A stretch of DNA of 64,000 nt from a virus. The stretch is from IMG/VR virus record IMGVR_UViG_3300046170_000446, positions 1 through 64,000 of that record; one strand, written 5' to 3'. The notes below the pieces were generated by a model. The model searched no databases. It was not told where the DNA came from and worked only from the letters and a program-made list of their open reading frames with translations. Below, one piece after another: positions 1-9,420 of the stretch. The first letter of the stretch is position 1; every line of letters begins with the position of its first letter. The position numbers were made by a program, and so were the translations under genes.

Positions 1-951
1 AAACCCTTGAGTCGGCATAACACTCTCTTCTCTGTTGAAAGGTGCTGTTCCCTTAACAACAGGCGCATACTGTGAAGGTAAACCGTAATCAGTGTGCTCT
101 CCGCTAGGCAGACTGTCGTTGTAGTCGTAATCTAAGAGGCTCTCATGACGATGTGCAGGGCCTCTCTCAATTAAGAAGTCTGCGGTCTTAGTGAGCCACC
201 TGTCTACAACTACCTCAGAGGCTTTCTTCTTTTGACGATCATCTCTCGAACGCTCTTTATTGGTACGATAACCAATCGCCTTCCTCCGAGTGTACCACTC
301 AGGATGTTCGTTGCGCCTCTTACGGTCTAGCTTATAAACGCCTTTGTTTTTATTACGGCGGTGTCTAATCTTCCGTAATCTCTTTTTCTTATTCCGATGA
401 CGGCGGTAGTACCTCTGATGGTAAATCTTCGCAGGGCCAGCTTGTGGTTGCTGTCTCTCCCTGAAGGTAGGCTTAACAGGACTCTTCCATTCTGTTGCTT
501 CTAAGTCCTCCGCTTCAAGATCAGAAGCCACTCTAGCCATAATATTAGCTAAGATCACATCGTGCTCACTAGCTGTCATAGTGCGCCTCTTATGAAGGTG
601 TGTCCCCTGATCAATGTAAGGATGCCCATACTGCTCGCCTTCCATCGGCTGTATACGCGCTCTCTGATGAACAGGCCGATCTCCGTTATTAGAAGAGTCC
701 GAGGGAGTCAAGAAAACACCTGGAGCTGGAATGGATTTACGATCCCTACCCTCAGGATGCCCCTCGTTAGTGACAGGTAAAGCCTGCTCTCGTCTCCGCA
801 CCGAAGAGGGAGAGGATCTGTAAGACTCATGGTTAGGGCTTTCTCCGTTAGGGAGGGCAGACGCGCCTCCTGCATTAAGCGTGTCAATCCCCTTCTGAGA
901 GCCTTCATCAACATAAGTTTTTACACCAAATAACTCAGGGCGATATGACAT
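1..951 (-). CDS. Putative virion/internal protein, partial (runs off left edge); not in the ORF track
   Basis: Manual translation: ATG at 951, open to position 1 (MSYRPELFGVKTYVDEG...MTASEHD...RVASDLEAEDLEA...HQRYYRRHRNKKKRLRKIRHRRNKNK...KKKASEVVVDRWLTKTADF...). R/K-rich block lies between KxAS-type motifs. Confidence 0.8.
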   Translation of the reverse strand, partial: MSYRPELFGVKTYVDEGSQKGIDTLNAGGASALPNGESPNHESYRSSPSSVRRREQALPVTNEGHPEGRDRKSIPAPGVFLTPSDSSNNGDRPVHQRARIQPMEGEQYGHPYIDQGTHLHKRRTMTASEHDVILANIMARVASDLEAEDLEATEWKSPVKPTFRERQQPQAGPAKIYHQRYYRRHRNKKKRLRKIRHRRNKNKGVYKLDRKRRNEHPEWYTRRKAIGYRTNKERSRDDRQKKKASEVVVDRWLTKTADFLIERGPAHRHESLLDYDYNDSLPSGEHTDYGLPSQYAPVVKGTAPFNREESVMPTQGF

Positions 952-957
952 AACGGC

Positions 958-1341
958 TTACTCCATATCATCTTCAAGATAACGGTCGCAAACTTGCTGA
1001 GCCATCTTCTTAATACGGACTCGGTTGCGGTGAGTCGTGACAGTCTCTTTAACAATCTCTCTGTCATCTATGCTCAAACGGCCTCTAAGAAACTTGTCGC
1101 CCATCTGCGTGAGCGCGTAACTTGTACGGTCTAGCTCAGACTCGATGTTATCTAATCTGCGGGGCATCCCCTCGATAATGTCACCGCCGTACTCATAGAA
1201 CGTATCTTTATGAGGAGAAGCCTCAATCATCTTCATGGCGCGGGTGACTAAATGTCTAAGACGATGCGCCTCAACTCTAGCAGTGGTTACACCTTGAGCT
1301 AAGAGCGCCCAGCTTGCCTGTGAGCTTGCTTTCTTATCCAT
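958..1341 (-). CDS. Hypothetical virion-associated protein with KKAS and VCDRYL motifs
   Basis: 127-aa ORF, N-terminal DKKASS, C-terminal KKMAQQVCDRYL; tightly packed with neighbours. Confidence 0.75.
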   Translation of the reverse strand: MDKKASSQASWALLAQGVTTARVEAHRLRHLVTRAMKMIEASPHKDTFYEYGGDIIEGMPRRLDNIESELDRTSYALTQMGDKFLRGRLSIDDREIVKETVTTHRNRVRIKKMAQQVCDRYLEDDME

Positions 1342-1350
1342 AATCCTTAA

Positions 1351-1380
1351 CCTCTCTCATATTAAACTTTATGAGAGAGG
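1351..1380 (-). promoter_or_regulatory. Perfect 11-bp hairpin occluding the likely RBS (GAGG) of 958..1341
   Basis: CCTCTCTCATA (1351-1361) / TATGAGAGAGG (1370-1380); ATG lies 9 nt after the stem on the minus strand. Confidence 0.55.
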
Positions 1381-1393
1381 CATTATAAAGAGA

Positions 1394-2623
1394 TTAAGAG
1401 ACGGCGCTACTCATCGCATTAGCTACACGCTTACGGACACCGTTAACCTCAAGAGACAGGATCTCATCGAGGATCGGATTGTCGAGATAGTTGTTAATCA
1501 AATCTGAAGCGCGTGTATTGTAATGGCGAGTCATATCCCAAACATCACCGTTACTGAGCTTAATCATACGGTCAGATATAGAATTAGGGACAGGAGCAGA
1601 GGCTTCCTCGTTTTCCTCTGAAGGAGCGAGAGTTTCTTGAAGGTCTATAGGCTCCATGTCCTCATTTATGAAAGCGGGTTCTTCTTCAAACTCTTCATCG
1701 ACCTCTACTAAGTCACCCTCGTCAAAGTCGCCAAAGAAATCAAAGTCTTCACTGAGACTCCCGTCGAGATCAAGGCTCTCATCAAAGTCATCATCGTCAA
1801 AGCCATCATCGAAAGAAAGCTCTTCAGAAGCTGTCTTTAGAAGATTAGAGCCGAGCACCTCAGCATCAGGGAGGAGGTCTTGAAACTCATTAGCGTCGTC
1901 TACGCTAACATTAGCTGACGCATCTTCCTCAATCACGGGCGCGGGTACGGGCGCAGGAGGGATCAGCAAAGTCTGCTGTGCGGTCATCATCTGAGACATC
2001 ATATCCATCATGCTCGCTAGCTGACCCTTAATCTCGTTAACCTCACCCTTAACACTCTCAAGTTCTTGATTAGCTACGGGCTCCACCTCCGCAAAAGCCT
2101 GTTGAGCCTCGTCTACGCTGAGAGACTTAGCGATTTCTTGATCCTCACGCTTAATGATGGTGGACTTAAGAGTCGTGTTGTCGAGTCGGTTGATCTCAGC
2201 ATCTACGCTAGCACCGTCCTTAAGGACAGACTTTTGCTTAGTTGCGGTCTTAACCTTACCAATCTCAACCGCGTCATCGTTAGTGTCTTTGTTCTCTACA
2301 CTCATACGGGTAGAAGAACCGACAACCTTCTCTTCATCATTAACGGTCTTAATGACGGTCTTCTCAGTGCTCTCTGAGCCAGCGTCGGTAGCTTTACGGA
2401 CGCCAATGTTTGCTGATTGAGGCACATATTTAGAAGTAGAGTCATTAGCGTCTACGAGCCAATTCTTAGACACAGCGGCTCGTAGAGAACCCAACTGAAA
2501 AGACTCGCCTCCAATCTTGAGGGTAGTGCCGTTAAACTCAACGATGTCTCCCTCGTACAAGTCTCTCTCGATCTGTCCGAGGTGGATTTTGGTGACTGCG
2601 CGATATGTCTTAAACTCGCTCAT
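1394..2623 (-). CDS. Hypothetical acidic protein with coiled coil and D/E/F-rich low-complexity region
   Basis: 409-aa ORF, GGGAG RBS upstream, phage-like codon usage. Confidence 0.8.
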   Translation of the reverse strand: MSEFKTYRAVTKIHLGQIERDLYEGDIVEFNGTTLKIGGESFQLGSLRAAVSKNWLVDANDSTSKYVPQSANIGVRKATDAGSESTEKTVIKTVNDEEKVVGSSTRMSVENKDTNDDAVEIGKVKTATKQKSVLKDGASVDAEINRLDNTTLKSTIIKREDQEIAKSLSVDEAQQAFAEVEPVANQELESVKGEVNEIKGQLASMMDMMSQMMTAQQTLLIPPAPVPAPVIEEDASANVSVDDANEFQDLLPDAEVLGSNLLKTASEELSFDDGFDDDDFDESLDLDGSLSEDFDFFGDFDEGDLVEVDEEFEEEPAFINEDMEPIDLQETLAPSEENEEASAPVPNSISDRMIKLSNGDVWDMTRHYNTRASDLINNYLDNPILDEILSLEVNGVRKRVANAMSSAVS

Positions 2624-2667
2624 AAGATTAAGTCTCCCGTCATTAGGGTGGTAAAAAAGTTTGGCTT

Positions 2668-2695
2668 AGGATAGCCGAAAGTAAGACCAATGCAA
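2668..2695 (-). promoter_or_regulatory. Possible sigma70-type promoter TTGCAT-N16-TATCCT
   Basis: Divergent intergenic region upstream of 1394..2623; imperfect consensus. Confidence 0.3.
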
Positions 2696-2770
2696 GAAAA
2701 ATGCAAGCTCGGTAGGTTGACTATAAACATACACTCACAAACAGTTAAAGATTAAAGTAAGGGTCTTACT

Positions 2771-3352
2771 ATGAACAAGATGGCTAGCAACATTGTAGAT
2801 CGGTGGCTCGTCACCGCTTCAGATGAAGATGAGGGTATCCTTAGTGCCGACTTTAGTGAGGACGGAGACGTAGGGGCTCTCGGTGCGCGAATACCTAGTT
2901 TTATACCTACCGATGGGCCTAAAGGTAAGGCGAGCAACAAACACTACGGTAAGGGTGTCAAAGAGGATAAATACAAGTGGACACCTAAGAATAGAGGAAA
3001 AAAGTGTTGGTCAAACATTAGAAATGATGTGAGGAACGAGCATCGCAAGACATGGAAAAAAGCCAAAAAGAAGACTAAACAGACGTACAATAATAATTTT
3101 AACGATTACTTTTACGATAAAAGTAAAAAGGATAGGAGGGACGCTCTCTGCTACCATAAAAACCCTAAACAACCTGGGCAACATAAAGACCTCGCAAGCG
3201 TACCTTCAGGAAAAGCAAATAAGGCTCCTGAAGGAGGGGACTACAACAATACAGCTTACGACAAGCTGTATTGGGCGGCTCGCCTCAAGCCAGCTAAGAA
3301 AACGGCAAACGAAGAGATGGTCGCTAATATTATAGATCGCTACGAACCATAA
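2771..3352 (+). CDS. Basic (K/R/Y/W-rich) putative internal head protein with tags at both ends; paralog of 3369..3899
   Basis: MNKMASNIVDRWLVTAS-acidic-...basic core...-KKTANEEMVANIIDRYEP. Confidence 0.8.
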   Translation: MNKMASNIVDRWLVTASDEDEGILSADFSEDGDVGALGARIPSFIPTDGPKGKASNKHYGKGVKEDKYKWTPKNRGKKCWSNIRNDVRNEHRKTWKKAKKKTKQTYNNNFNDYFYDKSKKDRRDALCYHKNPKQPGQHKDLASVPSGKANKAPEGGDYNNTAYDKLYWAARLKPAKKTANEEMVANIIDRYEP

Positions 3353-3368
3353 GATTAGGAGTCTCACC

Positions 3369-3899
3369 GTGAACAAGATGGCTAGTGACATCGTAGACAG
3401 GTGGCTCGTAACTGCGTCTGCTTTTGATGAAGACGGCGACGTGGAAGCTATCGGCGCGAGGATACCTGCAAGCTCAAATACCGAAAAGCCCAAAGGCAAA
3501 AAGAGCATGGGCAACTACGGTAATAGAGGCGGTGGCGTAAATAAAAAGCGTTATAAGTGGACTCGGAAAAAAATACGAAAGTGCTGGTCTGAGAAAAGAC
3601 CTGCGCTCCTGAAGAAATATTACGCTAAGTGGAAAGAGCTCTCTAGCGAGGACAGGCGTAACTACAAAAACTTCAACGCATACTTTAAAGAGGAAACCGT
3701 AGACGATAGGGCAGATAGCCTCTGTTACCATAAAGACGAGTTTGCACCTGGAAAGCACGAAGATTTAGAAGGCGCTCCTCCCACCAAACTCAGTAAAGAC
3801 CCCAAGGCTAATAACGCGTACCAAAAGTTTTATTGGAGCAAGCGGTTAAAGAAGAAAGCCTCTCTAATCGAAAACGTAGTCAACCGATACGAGCCCTAA
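3369..3899 (+). CDS. Basic putative internal head protein, tandem paralog of 2771..3352
   Basis: GTG start with AGGAG RBS; MNKMASDIVDRWLVTAS...YKWT...KCWS...LCYHK...YW...KKKASLIENVVNRYEP. Confidence 0.8.
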   Translation: MNKMASDIVDRWLVTASAFDEDGDVEAIGARIPASSNTEKPKGKKSMGNYGNRGGGVNKKRYKWTRKKIRKCWSEKRPALLKKYYAKWKELSSEDRRNYKNFNAYFKEETVDDRADSLCYHKDEFAPGKHEDLEGAPPTKLSKDPKANNAYQKFYWSKRLKKKASLIENVVNRYEP

Positions 3900-3901
3900 T
3901 A

Positions 3902-3960
3902 CGATTGAGGGGGATGCCTCACTAGACTTTCTTAGCCTAGAGCGACACCCCCCTCAATCG
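3902..3960. terminator. Long inverted repeat between convergent genes (likely terminator or processing site)
   Basis: CGATTGAGGGGG ... CCCCCTCAATCG 12-bp stem. Confidence 0.6.
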
Positions 3961-3985
3961 GTAAGCAATCAACCCTGATAGGAGA

Positions 3986-4264
3986 TTAGCCGTTGACGCT
4001 CTCCTTGAGAGCCTTACCTGGCTTGAACCCTACCGTCTTAGACGCAGGGATCGTGATCGCTTCCTTAGTGCGAGGGTTGACACCCTGACGCTCAGAGCGT
4101 TGGCGAAGCTCAAACGTGCCAAAGCCTGTGAGCTGTACGTTCTCGCCGTTAGCGAGCGCATTTGAGATCTCCTCAAAGGTACGCGCCACGATATCCTTGA
4201 TGATTTGCTTGTCAAGCCCTGAGAATGAGCTTGCGATGTTAGATGACAGTTCATTTCTTGTCAT
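3986..4264 (-). CDS. hup: HU/IHF family DNA-binding protein
   Basis: GENVQLTGFGTFELRQRSERQGVNPRTKEAITIPASKTVGFKPGKALK signature; start reassigned to ATG 4264 (AGGAG RBS). Confidence 0.95.
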   Translation of the reverse strand: MTRNELSSNIASSFSGLDKQIIKDIVARTFEEISNALANGENVQLTGFGTFELRQRSERQGVNPRTKEAITIPASKTVGFKPGKALKESVNG

Positions 4265-4342
4265 GTAGGTTCTCCTGATTAGGGAAAGAGGATTGGGGAG
4301 CCATATCCTTAACCACTCTAACTGAATTTGCAAGCACTTTTA

Positions 4343-5563
4343 TCAGACACCCTCAACATCAGAGTCATCTCTAAAGAGCCCACAGAAGTCATATAAGACG
4401 TTCGAGTTAGACTTAATGTAATCTTTATCAAAAGCCTTGTGCGCTGTACATACGAGCACTGTATCTGCCCAGTCTAGGGCTTCTTCTAAAGAAGGTTGAC
4501 TAACCATCTCTAGACCATGTTCTGAGATGCTAGGTACATGAGGATCATAATAAGAAATGTCCTCAAAATCAGCGCCAGTAGGGTCAAGCTCATCGTGCTT
4601 CAAGAGGAAAAGGCTCTTGAGAAGCCTTAATGACGGAGACTCCCTGTAATCTGAAATATCAGGCTTGTAAGCAACACCTAACAGCAAAACCTTGCCTAGA
4701 AGATTACTCTGAGCCATACGGACACACCGCTTAACCATGTCTTGATTAATCATCATGGCTTCGCGAACAAGGCGACTATCTGACTTGTGGAGTAGGTAGA
4801 AAGGGTCTACGGGGATGCAGTGTCCTCCGACACCTAAAGACGGGTAAAAGGCTTGAAAACCAAAAGGCTTAGTCTTAGCCGCTTCGATGACCTCCCACAC
4901 GTCAATGTCTAGCTCTTTACACATACGGGAGAAGTCATTAGCGAGCGCGATGTTTACAGCTCGGTAAGTGTTCTCAAGGAGCTTGCTTGACTCCGCGACC
5001 GCAGTAGAAGAAACCTCTTTTAAGGTGAACAGCTCTGAGTAGAAGCCTCTAGCTTTGGTTAGGGCTTCTTCGCTGTCAGCACCTAAGACTTTAGGGATGT
5101 CTTTAATCTCAAACTGCTGGTTATTAGGATCAACTCTCTCGGATGAGAAGACCACATGAGCTTGAGGGAAAAGAGGTCTAGCCATCTCTTTGGTGAAGTT
5201 GGGATAGACCGTAGACTCGATAATGACAACTGCGCCCTCTTTAACGTGAGCCTTAATGTCTTCAAGAGCCCCCATGATAGGTTTGAGGTCAGGTTTCTTG
5301 TCCCATGTCACAGGTGTAGGAACACACACAGAGATGCAATCTGCCTCAGATAAGTCTGAAGGGTCTAGCGTGGGGCTAATCTTAGCGATAATCTTAGACA
5401 GCCTCTCTGTGGGGATGTCTTCAATGTAGCTGACACCTTTATTTAAGTGACTTATCTTAGACTCATCTTTATCATAAGCGATTACATTAAACCCTCTTTC
5501 CGCAAAGAGGGTGGCGAGAGGGAGCCCGACGTAGCCGAGCCCTACTATTCCAACTTTCTTCAT
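4343..5563 (-). CDS. UDP-N-acetylhexosamine/nucleotide-sugar 6-dehydrogenase (WecC/WbpA family)
   Basis: GLGYVG Rossmann motif, CVPTP, ESTVYP, KLLENTYRAVNIA, GVGGHCIPVDP, YKPDISDYRESP. Confidence 0.92.
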   Translation of the reverse strand: MKKVGIVGLGYVGLPLATLFAERGFNVIAYDKDESKISHLNKGVSYIEDIPTERLSKIIAKISPTLDPSDLSEADCISVCVPTPVTWDKKPDLKPIMGALEDIKAHVKEGAVVIIESTVYPNFTKEMARPLFPQAHVVFSSERVDPNNQQFEIKDIPKVLGADSEEALTKARGFYSELFTLKEVSSTAVAESSKLLENTYRAVNIALANDFSRMCKELDIDVWEVIEAAKTKPFGFQAFYPSLGVGGHCIPVDPFYLLHKSDSRLVREAMMINQDMVKRCVRMAQSNLLGKVLLLGVAYKPDISDYRESPSLRLLKSLFLLKHDELDPTGADFEDISYYDPHVPSISEHGLEMVSQPSLEEALDWADTVLVCTAHKAFDKDYIKSNSNVLYDFCGLFRDDSDVEGV

Positions 5564-5614
5564 TATTATTCCTTTAACCATGCTTTTAAAACGGTAAGTC
5601 TGCGCGAGGGCAAC

Positions 5615-7864
5615 ATGGAAATGAGACTAAAGTGTACTCCTGCTCAGGGATGTGAAATTAAAGATAACACGATTATCTCAAGAGCCAGCGATAACAGGTC
5701 TTCTCATACTCTCAAAGTATCTCTCTATAAAGGGTTACTTGAGTTAGGGGAGTATTCTCTGTCTTGTAGCCTTAGCTTAGGGGCTCTCACAGAAAGAGTG
5801 CGTACAAGCACAAAAAAATCAAGTGTAAGAATAATGGTAGAAGAGTTGGGGACAGGAGAGACTCACTACTCTAACGCTGTAGAGTGTTTCTTAAGCAAAG
5901 ACAGCAAGGAAAAGCTAAGCCTACAGTTTACACATGGAGGACACACAGAAGTCTCGATCACACTAATCGCTCAAGGGGCGATTCGTGGAGCGCATAAGAT
6001 TAGAGTCGAGAATGCCTCAATGAGCGTGAAGAGAAACCGAAAAGAGCGCAAGGTAGCTCGTCAAACTTATAAAAGCTCTTTCGGTTTCACTCCGATTGAA
6101 GTCCCTAATCAAGCCTTAGAAGCTACCCTCACTTTAAAGAGCTTAAGGCTTACGAAAGGTCTGTATAGCGTCTATGTGCTTGCGTGCGGTAAAGGAACCC
6201 TCTCTATAGACCAAGAAGAGGGCAACCTGACTAGTATTGCCTTAAAAGAACAACACGGGGAGCAAAGTACCGATTTCCGCATAAACTCCACGAAAACAGT
6301 TACTGTCAAATTAGAAAATGCTGTAGGCACTGTACACCTCGACCGTATCCAATTTAATCGACATGAAACCTCGACATGGGATGAAGAAGAGAAAATATGC
6401 GCTGTAATACCTGCCTTTAACGCTGAAAAGACCCTTGAGAGGTCAGTCTTAAGCCTTGTCCACCAAACTCTCCCACCTCACACTATCTTCATCATTGACG
6501 ATTGCTCATCAGACAACACTTATGAGAAAGCCTTAGAGATAAGAAAGAAGCATTCAGGGCGAAAGACTAATATAGTAGTCCGAAGAAACGGCGTTAACTT
6601 AGGCCCTTACGTTACTAAGAGCAAAATCATAAAAAGCCACTTAGACCAGTATGTTTTTTGGTGTCTTCAAGATGCAGATGATTACACCTTAAGCGAAAAA
6701 ATCGCTACACAAATCAGAGGCTTTGAAAATCAGAACGTGCTAAGTTGCTACACCTTCGGAAACCGCGTTGATAGTAACGGTCGCATTATTAAAAACAGAG
6801 GGCTAGACGCACGCAGGATTTACGCAGGAGGTATGTTCCATAGAGAGCTATTTAAAAAAATCGGGTTTTTCGAGCCCGTAAAATTTGGGGCTGACGATGA
6901 GTTTTTCTGTAGGCAGTTAAATATGCTCGGTAAAAAAACCACTCTCTCCATTGAAGACCCTCTTTATAAAGCTGAAGTTTTAGAAAGCAGTCTCACTAAT
7001 AAAGAGGCTAAGATGGCTCTTAATACTGAGACAGAAGAGATCAGTCCAGTTAGGCTTCAATACCGCAATCTATTCCCTTCCCGTAAAAGCTACCAAGACC
7101 TCTTTAGCTATCAAGACGGCACACCGCATTCGATGAGGGTGTTCCCTGAAATACATATTAGGATGGCTACTTACCCTAAAAGATTTGAAGTCGCTCTAAA
7201 AACAGCAAAACACCTCTACGAAACCTGTCTTATTTTAGGCGCTCACCTACACATCTGCTTTAACGAAACAGAGATTACGCCGACCTCATTTAAAAGTTTG
7301 TTGGCTAAAGAAAACGTACATTACTACACACCTGAGAAGAACCTGAAAGATAACGGCAAGTTTGTCTGCGTCACGAAAGGAATTAACTTTTGGGTTGATG
7401 ACGATCTTCAGTATAATTTTAACTACTTTGCTCAAAGCCTGCACAGCCTTATCCGATACCCTAAAAACACTCCTATCTGTCTACACGGATATAACGGCAC
7501 TTCTACAATAGGACATGAAGAGAGGGCTCTAATACATTTCAGTACATGCAACGAAGCAGACAAGGAATGTGTCGTCGCAGGCACAGGGACAGTCTCTATG
7601 TGGCTGGAAGATGACCGACTCATAGAGAGCTTGAATAAGATTACGGAGTCTGAGCACACTGGGATGGTAGACCTAATCTTCGGCTATGTTATCGCCACAC
7701 ATGGCAAGAAGGCAGTTAACATTAGACGCGACGAGGTTCTCTTATTTGAGCAAGACCATGAAGAGGAAGAAAACCTCTTCACTACAAACATGAGTAGAAA
7801 AGCTCTATTAGAAGGCTTGCTCGCCTTAATCAACTCTATCCATTCGTTAAAACCATTAGGTTAA
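5615..7864 (+). CDS. Multidomain glycosyltransferase (N-terminal beta-rich region, GT2 domain, second GT-A-like domain)
   Basis: AVIPAFNAEKTL, IIDDCSSDNT, QDADD, GADDEF; second module MATYPKR...KDNGKF...VDDDLQY; start moved to 5615 to remove overlap. Confidence 0.85.
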   Translation: MEMRLKCTPAQGCEIKDNTIISRASDNRSSHTLKVSLYKGLLELGEYSLSCSLSLGALTERVRTSTKKSSVRIMVEELGTGETHYSNAVECFLSKDSKEKLSLQFTHGGHTEVSITLIAQGAIRGAHKIRVENASMSVKRNRKERKVARQTYKSSFGFTPIEVPNQALEATLTLKSLRLTKGLYSVYVLACGKGTLSIDQEEGNLTSIALKEQHGEQSTDFRINSTKTVTVKLENAVGTVHLDRIQFNRHETSTWDEEEKICAVIPAFNAEKTLERSVLSLVHQTLPPHTIFIIDDCSSDNTYEKALEIRKKHSGRKTNIVVRRNGVNLGPYVTKSKIIKSHLDQYVFWCLQDADDYTLSEKIATQIRGFENQNVLSCYTFGNRVDSNGRIIKNRGLDARRIYAGGMFHRELFKKIGFFEPVKFGADDEFFCRQLNMLGKKTTLSIEDPLYKAEVLESSLTNKEAKMALNTETEEISPVRLQYRNLFPSRKSYQDLFSYQDGTPHSMRVFPEIHIRMATYPKRFEVALKTAKHLYETCLILGAHLHICFNETEITPTSFKSLLAKENVHYYTPEKNLKDNGKFVCVTKGINFWVDDDLQYNFNYFAQSLHSLIRYPKNTPICLHGYNGTSTIGHEERALIHFSTCNEADKECVVAGTGTVSMWLEDDRLIESLNKITESEHTGMVDLIFGYVIATHGKKAVNIRRDEVLLFEQDHEEEENLFTTNMSRKALLEGLLALINSIHSLKPLG

Positions 7865-8970
7865 CCGAATACATGTACTAGCGGAACAAGGTGAGGTCGG
7901 AGCTCTTTCTTCTCGTAAGCTAATCTAATCATGCGCTCTCTAAGCTCAGACTGACTCGCGGTACGGTTTTGTAATAATGGAAGCACATCTGCCCTAAGCT
8001 CTGGATGGTGGCTGAGATGGATTGTTGTCGCCTGCCTAAGATTAAACAACTGCTCGCTAGCCCTACGGGTGTTAGTTGGTCTAGTCGATTTAGTTGACTT
8101 GGCAGACTTAGCCGCGCTCTCAACTACCTTAGGCTTTACGTAACCTGCTAAAGTAGATGGATTAAAAGTGCTTCGGGCATATTTCCCGAATACTGATCCT
8201 TTACGACCCACCGTATGAAGAATAAAATAAGTCGGGTGACTCGCGCTAGACCTCAGCTCTCCCTTAACCGTAAGAGAAGCCTTAATCCAGCTTGTTGAAA
8301 AGATCCCCTGTGTTAAGAGCTTGTTCATCTTACCTGGATCATACCACTTAAATGTGACAGCATTTTTTGAAGAACCTTGAAACTTAAGAGTCCCTTTATC
8401 AGGCCAGCCCCCCACTGTTACACCGCCGATCTCACCACGCTTGCCTGGTACTTTGTACTCAGATTTCTTAGCAAACTTTTTAAACGACGCTTTGATTAGA
8501 CGCTCATGGGCAGGGTGGGAAAAGTTAAGAGCTTGAGCAAGAGCCCTGTTGAGCTTCTTGTTCACCTCTCTATTAAAGAGCCCATGTTTGTCTGCGCCCT
8601 TTGCTTTATCCATTTTGTTACGGAGCTTATCTATGTCTTTACGGTAAACGCCTTTTACTTTCTCGACAAACTTCTCAATCTTACCCTCTTGGAGGTTCTC
8701 CTTTTTGTAGAGCATCTCCAAGGCTTTCTCTTTAGCCTCCTCGACGCTCTTAGCTGAGCTGACCATCGGATCGAGCTCTCTTTTTAAGCGATCCATCTCC
8801 TCGTCGAGTTTTTTGCGTTGCTTCTCAAGGTCTTTCTTCTTGAGATCTTTTTTCTCAAGCTCTTTCATTAGCTTCTCACGCTGTTTTTGCTCGCGAGCAA
8901 TGATCGCTTCTACTGTCTCCTCTAAGCCGAGTAGCTTTTTGAGATTTAGGGCTTGCTTATCCATAGACAT
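7861..8970 (-). CDS. Basic coiled-coil protein with duplicated C-terminal LRxxxIxLxxxxxELRxxxxPL motif; putative virion protein
   Basis: RRAS-EQLFNLRQATTIHLSHHPELRADVLPLL-QNRTAS-QSELRERMIRLAYEKKELRPHLVPLV. Confidence 0.75.
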   Translation of the reverse strand: MSMDKQALNLKKLLGLEETVEAIIAREQKQREKLMKELEKKDLKKKDLEKQRKKLDEEMDRLKRELDPMVSSAKSVEEAKEKALEMLYKKENLQEGKIEKFVEKVKGVYRKDIDKLRNKMDKAKGADKHGLFNREVNKKLNRALAQALNFSHPAHERLIKASFKKFAKKSEYKVPGKRGEIGGVTVGGWPDKGTLKFQGSSKNAVTFKWYDPGKMNKLLTQGIFSTSWIKASLTVKGELRSSASHPTYFILHTVGRKGSVFGKYARSTFNPSTLAGYVKPKVVESAAKSAKSTKSTRPTNTRRASEQLFNLRQATTIHLSHHPELRADVLPLLQNRTASQSELRERMIRLAYEKKELRPHLVPLVHVFG

Positions 8971-9000
8971 ATCTCGGACTCCATAAGTTTAAGTGTGTGC

Positions 9001-9297
9001 TTAACACTCGCCCTTAATAGTCTCATTATTAACGAACCCCTGCTCAAGTATCTGACTCACTTCTGACTGAGCGTAAAAGAATGTCCTCGCCTCTTCAGAG
9101 AGATTAGGCGCTTTAGAGACAGGCGCGCACTTACGGAAGTCCTTAGCTCTACTACAAAGGTTAGCTAACTCCCTCGCCTGCTTCTTGCTCACACACTCAA
9201 AGAGACACTTGATGATCTCTCCGTCCTTAAGTTTGCGCTGTCCCAACATAAAAAATTTAACCTCAGGGAGGTCTTCGACACTCTGTATCTGTCGCAC
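9001..9297 (-). CDS. Hypothetical protein
   Basis: Probable GTG start at 9297 with GGAG RBS; the longer track ORF overlaps the divergent gene. Confidence 0.6.
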   Translation of the reverse strand: MRQIQSVEDLPEVKFFMLGQRKLKDGEIIKCLFECVSKKQARELANLCSRAKDFRKCAPVSKAPNLSEEARTFFYAQSEVSQILEQGFVNNETIKGEC

Positions 9298-9353
9298 GCT
9301 GTCTCCTTGTTCAAATCGTATACAGAAGAAAAATGGGTAAAGGTCTAGTGCCG

Positions 9354-9363
9354 ATAGTGTAAA
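9354..9363 (+). promoter_or_regulatory. AWAGKGTAWW motif (candidate phage middle promoter)
   Basis: ATAGTGTAAA upstream of 9421; same motif precedes six other genes. Confidence 0.45.
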
Positions 9364-9420
9364 CCATGCGTGAGAGATCACACAACCCTCCTTCAACCCG
9401 AACCCAAAAAGGGTCTGTTC

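Noticed and set aside
562-914. Track ORFs 562..780 (+) and 708..914 (-)
   Set aside because: Shadow frames of the longer ORF 1..951 (-).
2771-3899. Diversity-generating retroelement template/variable pair
   Set aside because: Differences are not adenine-specific and no reverse transcriptase is in the window; ordinary gene duplication.
5447-5614. 135-bp head-to-head overlap of dehydrogenase and glycosyltransferase
   Set aside because: Disappears with the more plausible starts 5563 and 5615.
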